Source: Candidatus Omnitrophota bacterium (GTDB lineage Bacteria; Omnitrophota; Gorgyraeia; 1-14-0-20-64-10). From it: a DNA stretch of 64,000 bases. The stretch covers positions 17,900 through 81,899 of the forward strand of contig JACQCH010000007.1 in NCBI GenBank assembly GCA_016201735.1. Reading direction: 5' to 3'. Position 1 is the stretch's first letter. Every line of letters begins with the position of its first letter. The translations under genes and the position numbers were made by a program. Under the pieces are notes generated by a model. The model had not been told where the DNA came from and did not search any database. It worked only from the letters and a program-made list of their open reading frames with translations. Of the stretch, positions 34,028 to 44,417 are shown in pieces.

Positions 34028-35299
34028 ATGGATAAGGCAATCTTTCGATGCACAGCGGTTGTTTTAGCGGTGGGGCTGGTTCTCTGGAGCCCAGGGATGC
34101 CGCTGGCTCTAGCGCTTGACGCAGAGGTAATCACTCAATGTCGGGAGGCGATCGCTAATGATTCCACTCTCGATCCTGCGGTCAAGGAGATCGCCTTGAA
34201 TGAAGTGGTGCCGAAGTTGGAGGAATCCACGAAGCCAGATGCTGCTCCGGAAGTGAAGGCTGAGGCCAAGATTGTGGAGACTACGGCAGGAACGCTTCAT
34301 CAAGCGAGCGAGGCAACCAAGAAAGCCCTGGAGAATTCGGACACGGTGGTGAAGGCCACCGTCGATGGACTGGTCAAGAATGGAGTTTCCGCCAGCGAAG
34401 CCAACAAGGCCGGAGAGAAAATGAAGACGGATCTGGCGAAGGCGCGTGAGACGCTTCAGCAAGGGGGAACTCTGCAGGACGCCGCGAAGTATTTTGAGAG
34501 CTGCCAGAAGACGTTCACCGATTACTCCGGTTCCGTGGGGAAGGATCAAACCCTAAACATGAAAGACATCCTTCTTAACAGCGGCAGCGGCGGACGCCCG
34601 GAGGATTTTAGATCCATGCAGATGTTGGGCTCCGTCATCGATTCATCCCGGAACGGCAACGTGACCGAAGCGGCGATGAGGGCCCATTTCGAAGCGACCT
34701 TCCACGACGTCATTCTTCAAGGGGGGACGGAGGGGAAGAATGGGCCGCCTCCCGAAGCGATGCGGGGATTGATGGAGCAGATGGTGGCTTGCGGAGTGAA
34801 CCCAATGGAAGTGGCGCAGAAGTCCTACGAGTCTTACCGAGCGGCGAACCCCGGACTTGAGACATTTGGCAATCCGGTCGGCGGTCCGAATGAGATGTTC
34901 GGGCCGGGACCCGGAATGGGGAATGTCCCACTAGATGCGGGCCGATTTTCTGGGCCTAGCCCAGAGGCCATCGCTGCGATGAGTCCGGAGCAAAAGGCCG
35001 GATATGAGGCGTGGAAAAGTGGGGATTCCGCTGTGATTCACGAGATGATGATGAACGACACCATGAGGGCGGCCGTTGAGGCAGGAACCCCCCCGCGCGA
35101 GGTGCTGGAACAGATGGCCCGCAATGAGGTGATGTACCGGGAGATAATAAGTCCCGCTGAGGTTACCCAGGCCCGGGTAGAGGCCCAACAGCAAACGGCG
35201 TTAGATAAATATGCGGACGGGCACGTGTTGTGTCCTCCAGGGAAGACGCATAATGAGGCATGGAAAGCAGGAGACCCTCCCGATCAGCACTGTCTATAA
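34028..35299 (+). CDS. Secreted hypothetical protein (423 aa)
   Basis: Signal peptide MDKAIFRCTAVVLAVGLVLWSPGMPLALA; AT-rich promoter region with TTAATCGAAAATTAA palindrome upstream. Confidence 0.5.
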   Translation: MDKAIFRCTAVVLAVGLVLWSPGMPLALALDAEVITQCREAIANDSTLDPAVKEIALNEVVPKLEESTKPDAAPEVKAEAKIVETTAGTLHQASEATKKALENSDTVVKATVDGLVKNGVSASEANKAGEKMKTDLAKARETLQQGGTLQDAAKYFESCQKTFTDYSGSVGKDQTLNMKDILLNSGSGGRPEDFRSMQMLGSVIDSSRNGNVTEAAMRAHFEATFHDVILQGGTEGKNGPPPEAMRGLMEQMVACGVNPMEVAQKSYESYRAANPGLETFGNPVGGPNEMFGPGPGMGNVPLDAGRFSGPSPEAIAAMSPEQKAGYEAWKSGDSAVIHEMMMNDTMRAAVEAGTPPREVLEQMARNEVMYREIISPAEVTQARVEAQQQTALDKYADGHVLCPPGKTHNEAWKAGDPPDQHCL

Positions 35300-35309
35300 A
35301 TCTCCAGAT

Positions 35310-36363
35310 TTAGAAGTGGGCGGTCAGGGAAGTGGTGGCGGTCCAGTCGACGTAATCGCCGGTGGGGTCGTTCGAGTTTAAAGAAGTGTGGCTGAAGCTG
35401 GAGCCGATGCTCCAGGTTTTGTTGAAGTCGTACGTGCCGGAGATCGTCCAGATCTGGGTGTCGTCGTACCGGGACTCGGCTGTGATGCCGCTGACCTGAC
35501 GGTGGAGGTAGTTTTTCAGTTCGTAGGAGTAGCTGGCGTTGGCCGAGAGTTTTTTGGTGATCGGCCGGTTGACCGAGGCGGTCAACTTGTAGTCCTGCGC
35601 ATCGTAGAAGTCCTGCCGGGCGTCGTTGGAATCGTGGAAGTACCATTCCTGCTTGACCTTCAAGAGGGCCTCTTTCCACGTCGTCCCCAATTCGTATCGG
35701 AACCGGTGCCGAGTGTCTTCCCGAGGGGTGAGCGTATCCAACCCGGCGCCGTCGCGGGCCCTTTTCGAGATGTAATGCCGGACGAACCATTCGTATCGGA
35801 CCGCATGAAACCACCGCCCCCAAAGATTCTGCCGCAGCCCAATGGAGGGTTTGATCTCCCGGTAATTGGAGGGACCGGAGGAGGGATACCAGGTGTCCCC
35901 CAAGTCGACACCCGCGTCCGCCCGCCACATCCGCCCCGGCTGCCAAGTCAATTTCACCGGCGTCAGGGTTTGGGAGGTATAGGTGCCGTCGCCGTACTCG
36001 AAGTATTTGTCAAAGGAGCCGGAGTAGGAGGTCTGCCAGCTTAGGGTGGGAGTCAGCTTTTTGGAGAGACTCAGATAGAGGGATTCTTCCGAGTACCAGT
36101 CGCCGTTGCGCTCCGCAGCGTTGGCCGGGTTTTTCTCGTAGGAGATCCCTTGAGAGACCTCTCCGGAGAACCGGAGCCGTCTGGCCTTGCGGCGCTCCTC
36201 CAGGATCTGCTGGGCCCGCCGCTTGATGGCGGCGACCACCTCCTGAGTCGTCGGCGCAGCCGGTTCCTCAGCGAAACTCAAACTGGCCTGATTTGGAAGC
36301 AGAAGGATCGATCCGACAAGAAGCCCGATGCCTAGGACCCGCTTACTGCTGGCGCCGTTCACG
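35310..36363 (-). CDS. Outer-membrane beta-barrel protein (porin-like); start uncertain
   Basis: Signal peptide KRVLGIGLLVGSILLLPNQASLSFA from GTG ~36363; alternating beta-strand pattern; C-terminal …TATTSLTAHF (terminal Phe). Confidence 0.55.
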
Positions 36364-36798
36364 GAGCACCTCCTCTTTCTGGTAGGCCCGTTCTTGGTAC
36401 CGCTCGAAGGCCTTCGCCCGCTTGAGGGCCGCATCGATCTGGGTCCATTCCGTCGCCCTCGCTTCCTCCACCAGATCATGGAGAAGCCGCTCCAGCATGT
36501 CCCGCTCCTTGCGCAGGCCGTCCAACTCGGCGTAAAGCGAGGCCTTCTGGGCTTCGTTGGGGACGGCGTTCAACGCCTTCCTCTTTTGGACCATCTGCTC
36601 ATAGATCTGCCTGAGGGCATCGTTGACCTTGAGGATCTGCTGTTTTAACGGCTCATCCTCGGTGGCAACGTTGAGGGCTTCTTCATGGGTGAGGGGCGTT
36701 TCTTCTTCGTCGGGCGGGGCCGCTTCCAAGCGGGGAACCAACCAAAGGGAACTGCTTAGGAGAACACCTAAGGCAAAAAACCTCAGATCTTTTCCCAT
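36343..36798 (-). CDS. Periplasmic LTxxQ-motif coiled-coil protein (Spy/CpxP-like)
   Basis: Signal peptide; LTHEE motif; helical, charge-rich; co-oriented and overlapping with the OMP gene. Confidence 0.45.
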   Translation of the reverse strand: MGKDLRFFALGVLLSSSLWLVPRLEAAPPDEEETPLTHEEALNVATEDEPLKQQILKVNDALRQIYEQMVQKRKALNAVPNEAQKASLYAELDGLRKERDMLERLLHDLVEEARATEWTQIDAALKRAKAFERYQERAYQKEEVLRERRQQ

Positions 36799-36904
36799 CC
36801 ATCCTCCTCTATTCTTCGGGGAGAGTGAAGCAAATTGGAAGTAGTTTAGGGAAGAACCTTCTGTTTGTCAAGGAGGTTATGATATGTTATCCTGACTTCT
36901 TCAG

Positions 36905-37460
36905 GATGACGAAGGAAGGGATCCGCCTCAAGCTCCTTGAAAAGCTTCGCCAGCAGCCGCCGAAAGCCCGTTTAAAGAAGAGCGCTGCCATCGCGCGAAA
37001 ACTCCGGCGTTTGCCCCTCTACCGGAAGGCCAAGGTTCTCCTCTGCTACGCGGCCGTCGATGGGGAAGTGGAGACCCGTCCGATCTTGGATCAGGCCATC
37101 GCCGACGGTAAGCGGGTCGCTGTTCCGATCACGTTCCGGCGGGACAAGAAACTGGCCGCCGCCGAGATCAAGGATCCCAAGAAGGGTTTGAACTTCAAAG
37201 GGCCGTTCGGGATTCCGGAGCCTTCGCGGCATCTCCATTGGAGGATCGCTCCTGATAAGCTGGACTTGGTCTTAGTCCCCGGTGTCGCGTTCGACCGCCG
37301 GGGCCATCGGCTGGGCCGGGGCTTAGGGTACTTCGACCGTTTCTTGGAGAAGGTGCCGGCGGATGTTCCCCGGATCGGGTTGGCCTTCCGGTTTCAGGTG
37401 GTGAGAGAACTTCCCTTCGAACCGCACGACCAGCCGATGCATCGAGTGATCACAGAATGA
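36905..37460 (+). CDS. 5-formyltetrahydrofolate cyclo-ligase
   Basis: 5-FTHF_cyc-lig motifs (…VPGVAFDRRGHRLGRGLGYFDRFL…); ORF track starts at 36825 but a start at ATG 36905 fits the family better. Confidence 0.75.
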
Positions 37461-37467
37461 GCAGAAC

Positions 37468-38259
37468 ATGAAAGTTCTATTGATTGGAGATATCGTCGGG
37501 GCGCCGGGGCGGGACGCGGTGAAGGCCCTGGTGCCGATTTTGAAGGCCCGGCACCGGATCGACTTCGTCATCGCCAACTGCGAGAATGTGGCCGGCGGGG
37601 CCGGGGTGACTCCAAAGACCGCCCAGGACCTGCTCCAGGGAGGGGCCGACGTGCTGACCTCCGGCCAGCACATCTGGCGCTACCGGGAGATCGGCCCCTA
37701 CATGGACGCGGAGCCGCGCCTCTTGAAACCGGCCAACTATCCGGCCGCCACGCCGGGGTTCGGGGCGTATGTCTACGAGTCCAGAAGCGGAGTGAAGGTG
37801 GGGGTGATCAATCTCTGCGGACGGGTCTTCATGGGGGTGGATGCGCTGGAGGATCCGTTCCGGGTGGGGAGCCGGCTCATCGAGGAGATCCGGAAGAAGA
37901 CACCGGTGATTTTCGTCGACATGCACGCGGAGGCCACTTCCGAAAAGGTGGTGATGGGCTGGTACCTGGACGGGAAGGTGAGCGCCGTCGTCGGCACCCA
38001 CACCCACATCCAGACGGCCGACGAACGGATCCTGCCCAAGGGGACGGCATATCTGACCGATATGGGGATGACCGGCCCGTACGACTCGGTGATCGGCCGC
38101 AAGGTCGAGCCGGTGCTGGAGAGGTTTTTGACCGGGATGCCGAGCAAGTACGGTGTCGCCGACGGAAATGTGAAACTGTGCGGGGCGATCGTCGAGGTGG
38201 ACCCCTCGACGGGGAAGGCGCTGGCCATCGAGCGGGTGCAGGAGAAATTCGGTGACTGA
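37468..38259 (+). CDS. YmdB-like metallophosphoesterase (TIGR00282)
   Basis: MKVLLIGDIVGAPGR… and GTHTHIQTADERIL motifs. Confidence 0.8.
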   Translation: MKVLLIGDIVGAPGRDAVKALVPILKARHRIDFVIANCENVAGGAGVTPKTAQDLLQGGADVLTSGQHIWRYREIGPYMDAEPRLLKPANYPAATPGFGAYVYESRSGVKVGVINLCGRVFMGVDALEDPFRVGSRLIEEIRKKTPVIFVDMHAEATSEKVVMGWYLDGKVSAVVGTHTHIQTADERILPKGTAYLTDMGMTGPYDSVIGRKVEPVLERFLTGMPSKYGVADGNVKLCGAIVEVDPSTGKALAIERVQEKFGD

Positions 38260-39049
38260 TACGAGCGTGGGGCGAATACGTGCATCGTGGCAGGCCGATG
38301 TGGAAAAACGCGGCTCTCTTCCGAAAAGATCACTCTCCCGGCCGGCGTTTAAAGCCGGATTCACCGTCCAGGATCTTCCTGTTCAGGAACGGCCGCGGGA
38401 ACGGCTGGCCGCTTTAGGGAGCGAGGCGATGTCCCAGCAGGAACTGCTCGCCTGCCTGCTGGGGCGGGGCTGCGCCGGGGAATCGGTGATCACGACGGCC
38501 CAGCGGCTGTTGAGCCGGTTCGGCGGCTTCTATGGAATCGCTCAGGCCCGGCTGGATGAATTGGCCCAGGTCCGGGGGATCGGACTCGCTAAGGCCGCCC
38601 AGCTCAAAGCGGCCTGCGAGATTTCCCGCCGAGCCGAGATGGCTCCGCCGAAATTAAGCGGCCCCATTGAATCAACGGACGCAGCGGCCGCCGCCGCCAA
38701 ACAATTTTTGAGTGGCCGGAAAAAGGAACATTTCATCGTCCTTCTGCTGGATGCCCGGTTCCGGCTCCTGCGGGTTTCCCCTGTTTCGATCGGATCGCTT
38801 CAGATGAGCATCGTCCATCCCCGGGAAACATTTCAGGAGGCGATTTCCGCCGGGGCGGCGGCCCTGATCGTGGCGCACAACCATCCCTCCGGAGATCCGA
38901 CCCCGAGCCAGGAGGACATCGGGCTCACCCGCCGGCTCGTCGAGGCGGGCCGCCTGTTGGGGATCCCGGTCCTGGATCACCTGATCATCGGGCAGGGCAG
39001 GCCTTTCAGTTTGAAAGAGGCCGGCTTCGTGGGATCTTCCGATGCGTGA
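38252..39049 (+). CDS. radC: RadC-like JAMM domain protein (UPF0758)
   Basis: HNHPSGDPTPSQEDI JAMM motif, HhH N-terminal part. Confidence 0.8.
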   Translation: MTDTSVGRIRASWQADVEKRGSLPKRSLSRPAFKAGFTVQDLPVQERPRERLAALGSEAMSQQELLACLLGRGCAGESVITTAQRLLSRFGGFYGIAQARLDELAQVRGIGLAKAAQLKAACEISRRAEMAPPKLSGPIESTDAAAAAAKQFLSGRKKEHFIVLLLDARFRLLRVSPVSIGSLQMSIVHPRETFQEAISAGAAALIVAHNHPSGDPTPSQEDIGLTRRLVEAGRLLGIPVLDHLIIGQGRPFSLKEAGFVGSSDA

Positions 39050-40373
39050 GTATCGGCTCCGCAGTCCGTTCGCCGGGGATCTGGAAGAATCGTTCGCCGC
39101 GGAACCGTCTGCCCGCCGGGTTTACACCGTCTCGGAACTGACCCGCCAGATCAAGGGGATCCTGGAATCGGCCCTCGGGCAGGTCTGGGTTGAGGGGGAG
39201 CTTTTCGAGCCGAAGGTTTATCCGAGCGGGCACCTCTGGTTCGACCTGAAGGATTCCCAATCCAGCCTGAAGTCGGTGATGTGGCGGGATGCCGCGGCCC
39301 AACTGAAATTCAGACCGGAGCACGGCCTGAAGGTGATCTGCTCCGGACGGGTCGATTTCTACGCCCAGCGGGGTGAGATAAAATTCATCGCCGATTCCCT
39401 CGAACCCAAAGGGCTGGGGGCCCTCCAGCTGGCCTTCGAACAGCTCAAAGAAAAACTTCAGAAGGATGGACTGTTCGACGAGGCCCGGAAGCGGCCGCTT
39501 CCCGTTTTCCCGGAACGGATCGGGATCGTCACCTCCCCGCGAGGTGCGGCGATCGACGACATCCTGAAGGTAATCCGGGGCCACGTTGAGATTTCCCTGT
39601 ACCCGAGCCGGGTTCAGGGAGAGGAGGCGGCTCGGGCGGTGGCTCACGGGATCCGGCAGTTGAACACTCTCGGGGATCTGGATCTTTTGATCGTCGGGCG
39701 GGGCGGCGGATCGCTCGAGGATCTTTGGGCCTTCAACGAAGAAGCAGTGGCTCGGGCGATCTTCGCTTCCCGACTTCCGGTCATCTCCGCCGTCGGGCAT
39801 GAGAAGGATGTGACGATCGCCGACCTTGTGTCTGACCTGCGGGCCCCGACTCCGACGAAGGCCGCGGAGCTGGTCCTCGCTCAGCGCAGAATCTGCCTGG
39901 ATCGGTTCGCCGCGGCCCTGGAGGAGCCGGCCTTCACCGAGGCCGGCGAATGGCTCAAGGAATTCCAGGAACAGATCGAAGAGTTCCAGGCCGGCCTTCT
40001 CGACGGAGTCCGGGAACCGCTGTTGGACACGGCCCACCGGATCCGGGTCCTCCAGGGGGATCTCCTGGCCGGATCGCCCCGGGTCCTCATCCTCCAGCAG
40101 GCCCAGCACCTTCAACGGCTGAAAGAGTCGCTCGTTTCCCGGACGGCCCGTTCCCTGGAAAAATCAGAGGCCCGCGTCGACGGGCTGGCCGGCCGCCTGC
40201 ACGCCCTAAGCCCGCTCGCCGTCCTGGAGCGGGGCTACTCGATCACCTTCGATGAGAAAGGCCGGATTGTGAAGGCGGCCGCCGATGTCAAACCCGGCGG
40301 TCTTGTTCAAACCCGGCTTCACCGAGGCCGGCTCACCAGCCGCGTGGAATCAACCACAGAAAAAGAGGAATAA
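39042..40373 (+). CDS. xseA: Exodeoxyribonuclease VII large subunit
   Basis: OB-fold N-terminus, catalytic core, 443 aa. Confidence 0.9.
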   Translation: MREYRLRSPFAGDLEESFAAEPSARRVYTVSELTRQIKGILESALGQVWVEGELFEPKVYPSGHLWFDLKDSQSSLKSVMWRDAAAQLKFRPEHGLKVICSGRVDFYAQRGEIKFIADSLEPKGLGALQLAFEQLKEKLQKDGLFDEARKRPLPVFPERIGIVTSPRGAAIDDILKVIRGHVEISLYPSRVQGEEAARAVAHGIRQLNTLGDLDLLIVGRGGGSLEDLWAFNEEAVARAIFASRLPVISAVGHEKDVTIADLVSDLRAPTPTKAAELVLAQRRICLDRFAAALEEPAFTEAGEWLKEFQEQIEEFQAGLLDGVREPLLDTAHRIRVLQGDLLAGSPRVLILQQAQHLQRLKESLVSRTARSLEKSEARVDGLAGRLHALSPLAVLERGYSITFDEKGRIVKAAADVKPGGLVQTRLHRGRLTSRVESTTEKEE

Positions 40374-40375
40374 GA

Positions 40376-40701
40376 TGGCGACAAAAACGAAAGGATCCAA
40401 TGAGCCGCCGAGCCGGCCCCAACCGGCCGGCCGGTTTGAAGCCGCGCTCAAGCGGTTGGAAGAGATCGTCGAGGAAATGCAGTCCGGGGATCTGACCCTG
40501 GAGGCCCGCCTCAAGCGTTTCGAGGAAGGGGTGGTGCTGGTCCGGGAATGCAAGAAGGCGCTCGAGGAGGCCTCCAAGAAGGTGGAGGTGTTGGTCAAAT
40601 CCTCCGGTGGGAAACAGGAGACCCGCCTGTTCGACGAGGTTCGCCAGCGTCTGCGGGAGAGCGACTCCGGCGACTACGAGGTCGAGGAAGAAAAATCATG
40701 A
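40376..40701 (+). CDS. xseB: Exodeoxyribonuclease VII small subunit with acidic C-terminal tail
   Basis: MATKTKG…FEAALKRLEEIVEEMQSGDLTLEARLKRFEEGVVLVRECKKALEEA; the ORF-track start at 40285 is probably too early. Confidence 0.8.
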
Positions 40702-40729
40702 GCCCGTCGAAGCACGAAGAGCGGTAGCG

Positions 40730-42031
40730 ATGGTTCGGGTCCGGTTCGCTCCGAGTCCCACCGGTTTCCTCCACGTCGGGTCCGCCCGGACGGCCCTCTT
40801 TAACTGGTTGTTCGCCCGGCACCAAAAAGGGGAATTCCTCCTGCGGATCGAGGACACCGACGCCGTCCGCTCGAAACTGGAATTCCTCGACGAGATCATG
40901 GATTCCCTCCGCTGGCTGGGCTTGAACTGGGACGGGGAACTGGCCTTCCAGAGCAAGCGCCTCGAGATTTACCGGAAGACCGCCGAGGGGCTTTTGAATC
41001 AAGGGGCCGCTTACCTGGACGGGAAAGCGATCATCTACAAGGTGACCCCCGGCGAGGTGATCGAGATCAACGACCTGATCCACGGCGTCATCCAGGTCAA
41101 CACCCTCGAGATCAAGGATCAGGTCCTCATCAAATCCGACGGGATGCCGACCTACAATTTCGCCTGCGTCGTGGACGACTCGGAATTTAAAATCAGCCAC
41201 GTGATCCGGGGGGACGACCACATCTCCAACACCCCCAAGCAACTTCTCCTGTACCGGGCGCTGAAATTGGCTCCTCCCCAATTCGCCCACATCCCGCTCA
41301 TTCTCGGCACCGACCGGTCCCGCCTCTCCAAGCGGCACGGGGCGACCAACTTGAACGAGTACCGGAGGATGGGGTACCTGCCGGAAACGGTGGTCAATTT
41401 CCTGGCCCTGCTGGGCTGGTCCCCCGGGGGCGACCGGGAGATCCTGTCGATCGAGGAGATCATCCAAGAGTTCGATCTCTCCCGTGTCGGGAAAACCGGC
41501 GCCGTTTTCGACCTGGCCAAATTCTCCTGGATGAACAGCCAGTATTTGAAGAACGCCTCCCTCGAGACCCTGATGCCGCTCGTCCAGGCAGCGCTCAAAG
41601 AGAGGGGCTGGTGGTCGAATGGTTTAGACCCGGTTTGGGTAGGGCAGGTGATCGAGCTTTACAAAGGGCGGGTCGAGACGATCCAGGATTTTTGTAAGCA
41701 GACGGAAGGATTTTTCACCGGCAACATTCCGTTCGACGCCGATGCGGTCCAAGCCCGGCTCAAACAGCCGGGGGTCGACGGCCGCCTGACCCAATTCGCC
41801 GACCGCCTGGAAAAAATCGCCCGGTGGGACTCCGCTTCGATCGAGACGGCCTGCCGCTCCCTCGCCGAGGAGTTGAAGATCAAGGCCGCCGATCTCATCC
41901 ACCCCACCCGGGTCGCCGTGACCGGCCGCTCCGTCGGGCCGTCCCTTTTTCACATCCTGGAGGTCGCCGGCAAGGAGCGCACCGTCAGCCGCCTTCGCCA
42001 CGCCGCAACCTCCCTCTGTTCGGTACAATAG
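40730..42031 (+). CDS. gltX: Glutamate--tRNA ligase
   Basis: MVRVRFAPSPTGFLHVGSARTA (HIGH), KLSKR (KMSKS) motifs. Confidence 0.9.
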   Translation: MVRVRFAPSPTGFLHVGSARTALFNWLFARHQKGEFLLRIEDTDAVRSKLEFLDEIMDSLRWLGLNWDGELAFQSKRLEIYRKTAEGLLNQGAAYLDGKAIIYKVTPGEVIEINDLIHGVIQVNTLEIKDQVLIKSDGMPTYNFACVVDDSEFKISHVIRGDDHISNTPKQLLLYRALKLAPPQFAHIPLILGTDRSRLSKRHGATNLNEYRRMGYLPETVVNFLALLGWSPGGDREILSIEEIIQEFDLSRVGKTGAVFDLAKFSWMNSQYLKNASLETLMPLVQAALKERGWWSNGLDPVWVGQVIELYKGRVETIQDFCKQTEGFFTGNIPFDADAVQARLKQPGVDGRLTQFADRLEKIARWDSASIETACRSLAEELKIKAADLIHPTRVAVTGRSVGPSLFHILEVAGKERTVSRLRHAATSLCSVQ

Positions 42032-42038
42032 AGACTCG

Positions 42039-42698
42039 ATGCCATTCTTGGCAGGACAGCGGGCGTGGAATCGCGGCAAGACCAAGGAAAACGATCCTCG
42101 CGTCCGCAAGATCTCGGAGACATTCAAGGCCAAGCGCATTGACAACTTTGACCAGTGGCGACGCAACGCAAGGCGCATCGGGAGGATCCCCAATACCCAG
42201 ACACCGTTGGCCAGAAGCGAACAGCTCGCATTCCTCATCGGGTTGGGTACAGATAAACCATTGCTTTGGCAATACGCCGTCAAGGTGACCCATGCTGTTT
42301 TCACCAAGGAACCCTGGGTGCAGCGGCGAAGGCATTCGGCATCTGTAGATATCGGCCTGTATCAGATGAGACTGAGTGAACGTCTGGGCATCCCGAGTGG
42401 AGGTCGCGGAAAGCTCATGGTACAGTTGCCGGAGTGGATCCGGTCGGATCGACGGTACCTTATTGCTTGTCTCAAGGGGTTATTCGAAGCGGAGGGATCT
42501 TACTCGGTGCATGCACCAACGTACACTTACAACCTAAGTTTCAGCAATAGGAACCCTGCGTTACTCGGTGAGGTCGAATGGGCTTTAACCCTCCTCGGGT
42601 TTCATCCCGAGCGACGATCTTACGCCGTTCGCTTACGAAAGAAACGGGAGGCGCTCCGCTTTATTGAACTCATCCAGTTCCGCCACTACGCGGGCTAA
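42039..42698 (+). CDS. Free-standing LAGLIDADG-family homing endonuclease-like protein with N-terminal NUMOD-like motif
   Basis: Two LAGLIDADG-type motifs (LAFLIGLGTD and LKGLFEAEGS); N-terminal GQRAWNRGKT…KISETFKAKRI resembles NUMOD DNA-binding motifs; 219 aa, not inside any host gene. Confidence 0.55.
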   Translation: MPFLAGQRAWNRGKTKENDPRVRKISETFKAKRIDNFDQWRRNARRIGRIPNTQTPLARSEQLAFLIGLGTDKPLLWQYAVKVTHAVFTKEPWVQRRRHSASVDIGLYQMRLSERLGIPSGGRGKLMVQLPEWIRSDRRYLIACLKGLFEAEGSYSVHAPTYTYNLSFSNRNPALLGEVEWALTLLGFHPERRSYAVRLRKKREALRFIELIQFRHYAG

Positions 42699-42738
42699 AG
42701 TATAATAGGCAACGCTGGCGAAGTCTTCGAAACTCCAT

Positions 42739-42812
42739 TGCCCTGTCGTCCAATGGTAAGACACCAGATTCTGGATCTGGGTATCTAGGTTCGAGTCCTA
42801 GCGGGGCAGCCA
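42739..42812 (+). tRNA. tRNA-Gln (CTG), U1:A72, CCA encoded
   Basis: Acceptor TGCCCTG/CGGGGCA, anticodon stem CCAGA/TCTGG with loop TTCTGGA, T-arm CTAGG-TTCGAGT-CCTAG, 3' GCCA. Confidence 0.75.
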
Positions 42813-44417
42813 CTCTGTACGCTCGACGAACCGGCAGGCCTTGACCTCCTCCGGCTTGATGAAGGGCAGCTCATAGAGCGTCAGGGTAATCTGGTTGGGT
42901 GTGTAAAGGACCTCCTTCACCGTCAGCTCAAACGCCCGCTTGCGCTCCACCGGGGTTAGCTCATCAAGCACCTGATCCAGCACCGCCAACCCTTGCTGAA
43001 CCACCTCCGGTTTGATCTGGCGGTTCTCGTACCGCCGGATTTCGGATTCCAACGCGATAATTTCTGCCTTAAGCTGCCTGCGCCGTTCCTCGAACTCTTT
43101 TAAGGTTTCCTGGACATAATACAGGCCTTCTGCGCCGTTTCCCAGGAAGCGAGTGACCGCCTCTTTCGCGTTGGCATCTACCTGAGACAGCTCCCGCTCA
43201 AACTGCACCTTCCGCTGTCGCAAAGGCCCCAGCTCCTTCACGAACAGCCGATTGGTGCTACCAACGAGGTCGTTGCACAGACGGGGGGACTGGGTGATCT
43301 TCCGTATCCGCTCGAGGATCAACCGCTCCAGCCCTGACGCTTGCACCCGCCGTACGCTGCAGGCCTGCGTCCCCAGCTTGTCCACCCGGGTGCAGGAATA
43401 GTACGGGTAGATCCGCCTGCGTCCCTTGCTCCAGGCGGAGGTCATGACCGACCCGCAAACGCCGCAGCGGACCCGCTCGTTGCCAAGCAGGTAGGTATGC
43501 TGGGTCGATTGGGCAAAACTGTGGTGGGTCCTGGCGTTTTGCTTGATCAGCTCCTGGACCCGGTTGAAGACGGCGATGTCCACGATCGGCCCGTGAACCC
43601 CATCGACAATCTGGTATCGCTCCTCGGGCTTGAGCATCTCCTGATTCTTTCGCTTCCTGAACTTGTTGACTTCCTTCTTGCCGATGTAATGGAGGTTCTG
43701 GAGGATATGGGCCACATCGGTCTTTTGAAATGGCCCGGCCGGGTGCACATTGCCGCGCCGGCCGGTGTAAGCCTTGGTGCGGTAGCCCCGCTCATTCAAG
43801 ATCCGGCAGGCTTTTCCGAAGGAGCCGTATTGGAGATAGGTTTTGAAGATGAGCCGCACCAGATCCGCCTCCTTCGGATTGATGATGAGGTAACCCTTCC
43901 TGGTTGGATCCACATCGTAGCCCAGGATCACGCCGCCGTTCCACAAGCCCCGCCTAGCCCGGGCAAACACAGCCGCCTTGGTCCGCTCGGAAACCAGCTC
44001 CCGCTCGAACTCCGCCAAGGCCGCAGTGATCACCATGAGCAACTTCCCGTGAGGTGTCGTGGTGTCGAAATTCTGCTTGAGGCACAGGAGGTCGCACCGC
44101 TGTTCGTGGAGGAACTGCGTGAACCTCAGGAAGTCCGACAGCGACCGGCTGATGCGGGAAAGTTCTGTGCAGGCGACCACATCGATCAGCCCTTCCTTGA
44201 TCTCATGGAGAAGCTGCTGAAATTCCGGCCGGTTGGTGTTCTTCCCGGACCGGCCGCGCTCCTCGTAAATCTTGGCACCGATCCACTGGCACTTGCCGTT
44301 GCTGCGCCGCCTCAGATCCTCTTCCAGCCGCTGCCGCTGTGTCTTCAAACTCCCCTCGATCTCCTTGGCCTGCAGATCGGTGGACACCCGAATGTACAAC
44401 CCGCAACGCTTAACCAT
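42798..44417 (-). CDS. Large serine recombinase (resolvase N-domain, recombinase domain, zinc ribbon, coiled coil)
   Basis: N-terminus YIRVSTDLQ (catalytic Ser); Cys cluster CGVCGS…YYSC; 539 aa. Last codons WLPR* are the reverse complement of the tRNA-Gln 3' end. Confidence 0.85.
   Translation of the reverse strand: MVKRCGLYIRVSTDLQAKEIEGSLKTQRQRLEEDLRRRSNGKCQWIGAKIYEERGRSGKNTNRPEFQQLLHEIKEGLIDVVACTELSRISRSLSDFLRFTQFLHEQRCDLLCLKQNFDTTTPHGKLLMVITAALAEFERELVSERTKAAVFARARRGLWNGGVILGYDVDPTRKGYLIINPKEADLVRLIFKTYLQYGSFGKACRILNERGYRTKAYTGRRGNVHPAGPFQKTDVAHILQNLHYIGKKEVNKFRKRKNQEMLKPEERYQIVDGVHGPIVDIAVFNRVQELIKQNARTHHSFAQSTQHTYLLGNERVRCGVCGSVMTSAWSKGRRRIYPYYSCTRVDKLGTQACSVRRVQASGLERLILERIRKITQSPRLCNDLVGSTNRLFVKELGPLRQRKVQFERELSQVDANAKEAVTRFLGNGAEGLYYVQETLKEFEERRRQLKAEIIALESEIRRYENRQIKPEVVQQGLAVLDQVLDELTPVERKRAFELTVKEVLYTPNQITLTLYELPFIKPEEVKACRFVERTEWLPR

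Noticed and set aside
42813-42900. Searched for a direct repeat of the tRNA-Gln 3' end that would mark the island's attR
   Set aside because: None was found by eye between 44400 and 52000. Serine-recombinase att sites need not contain long repeats, so the right boundary is left open rather than asserted.
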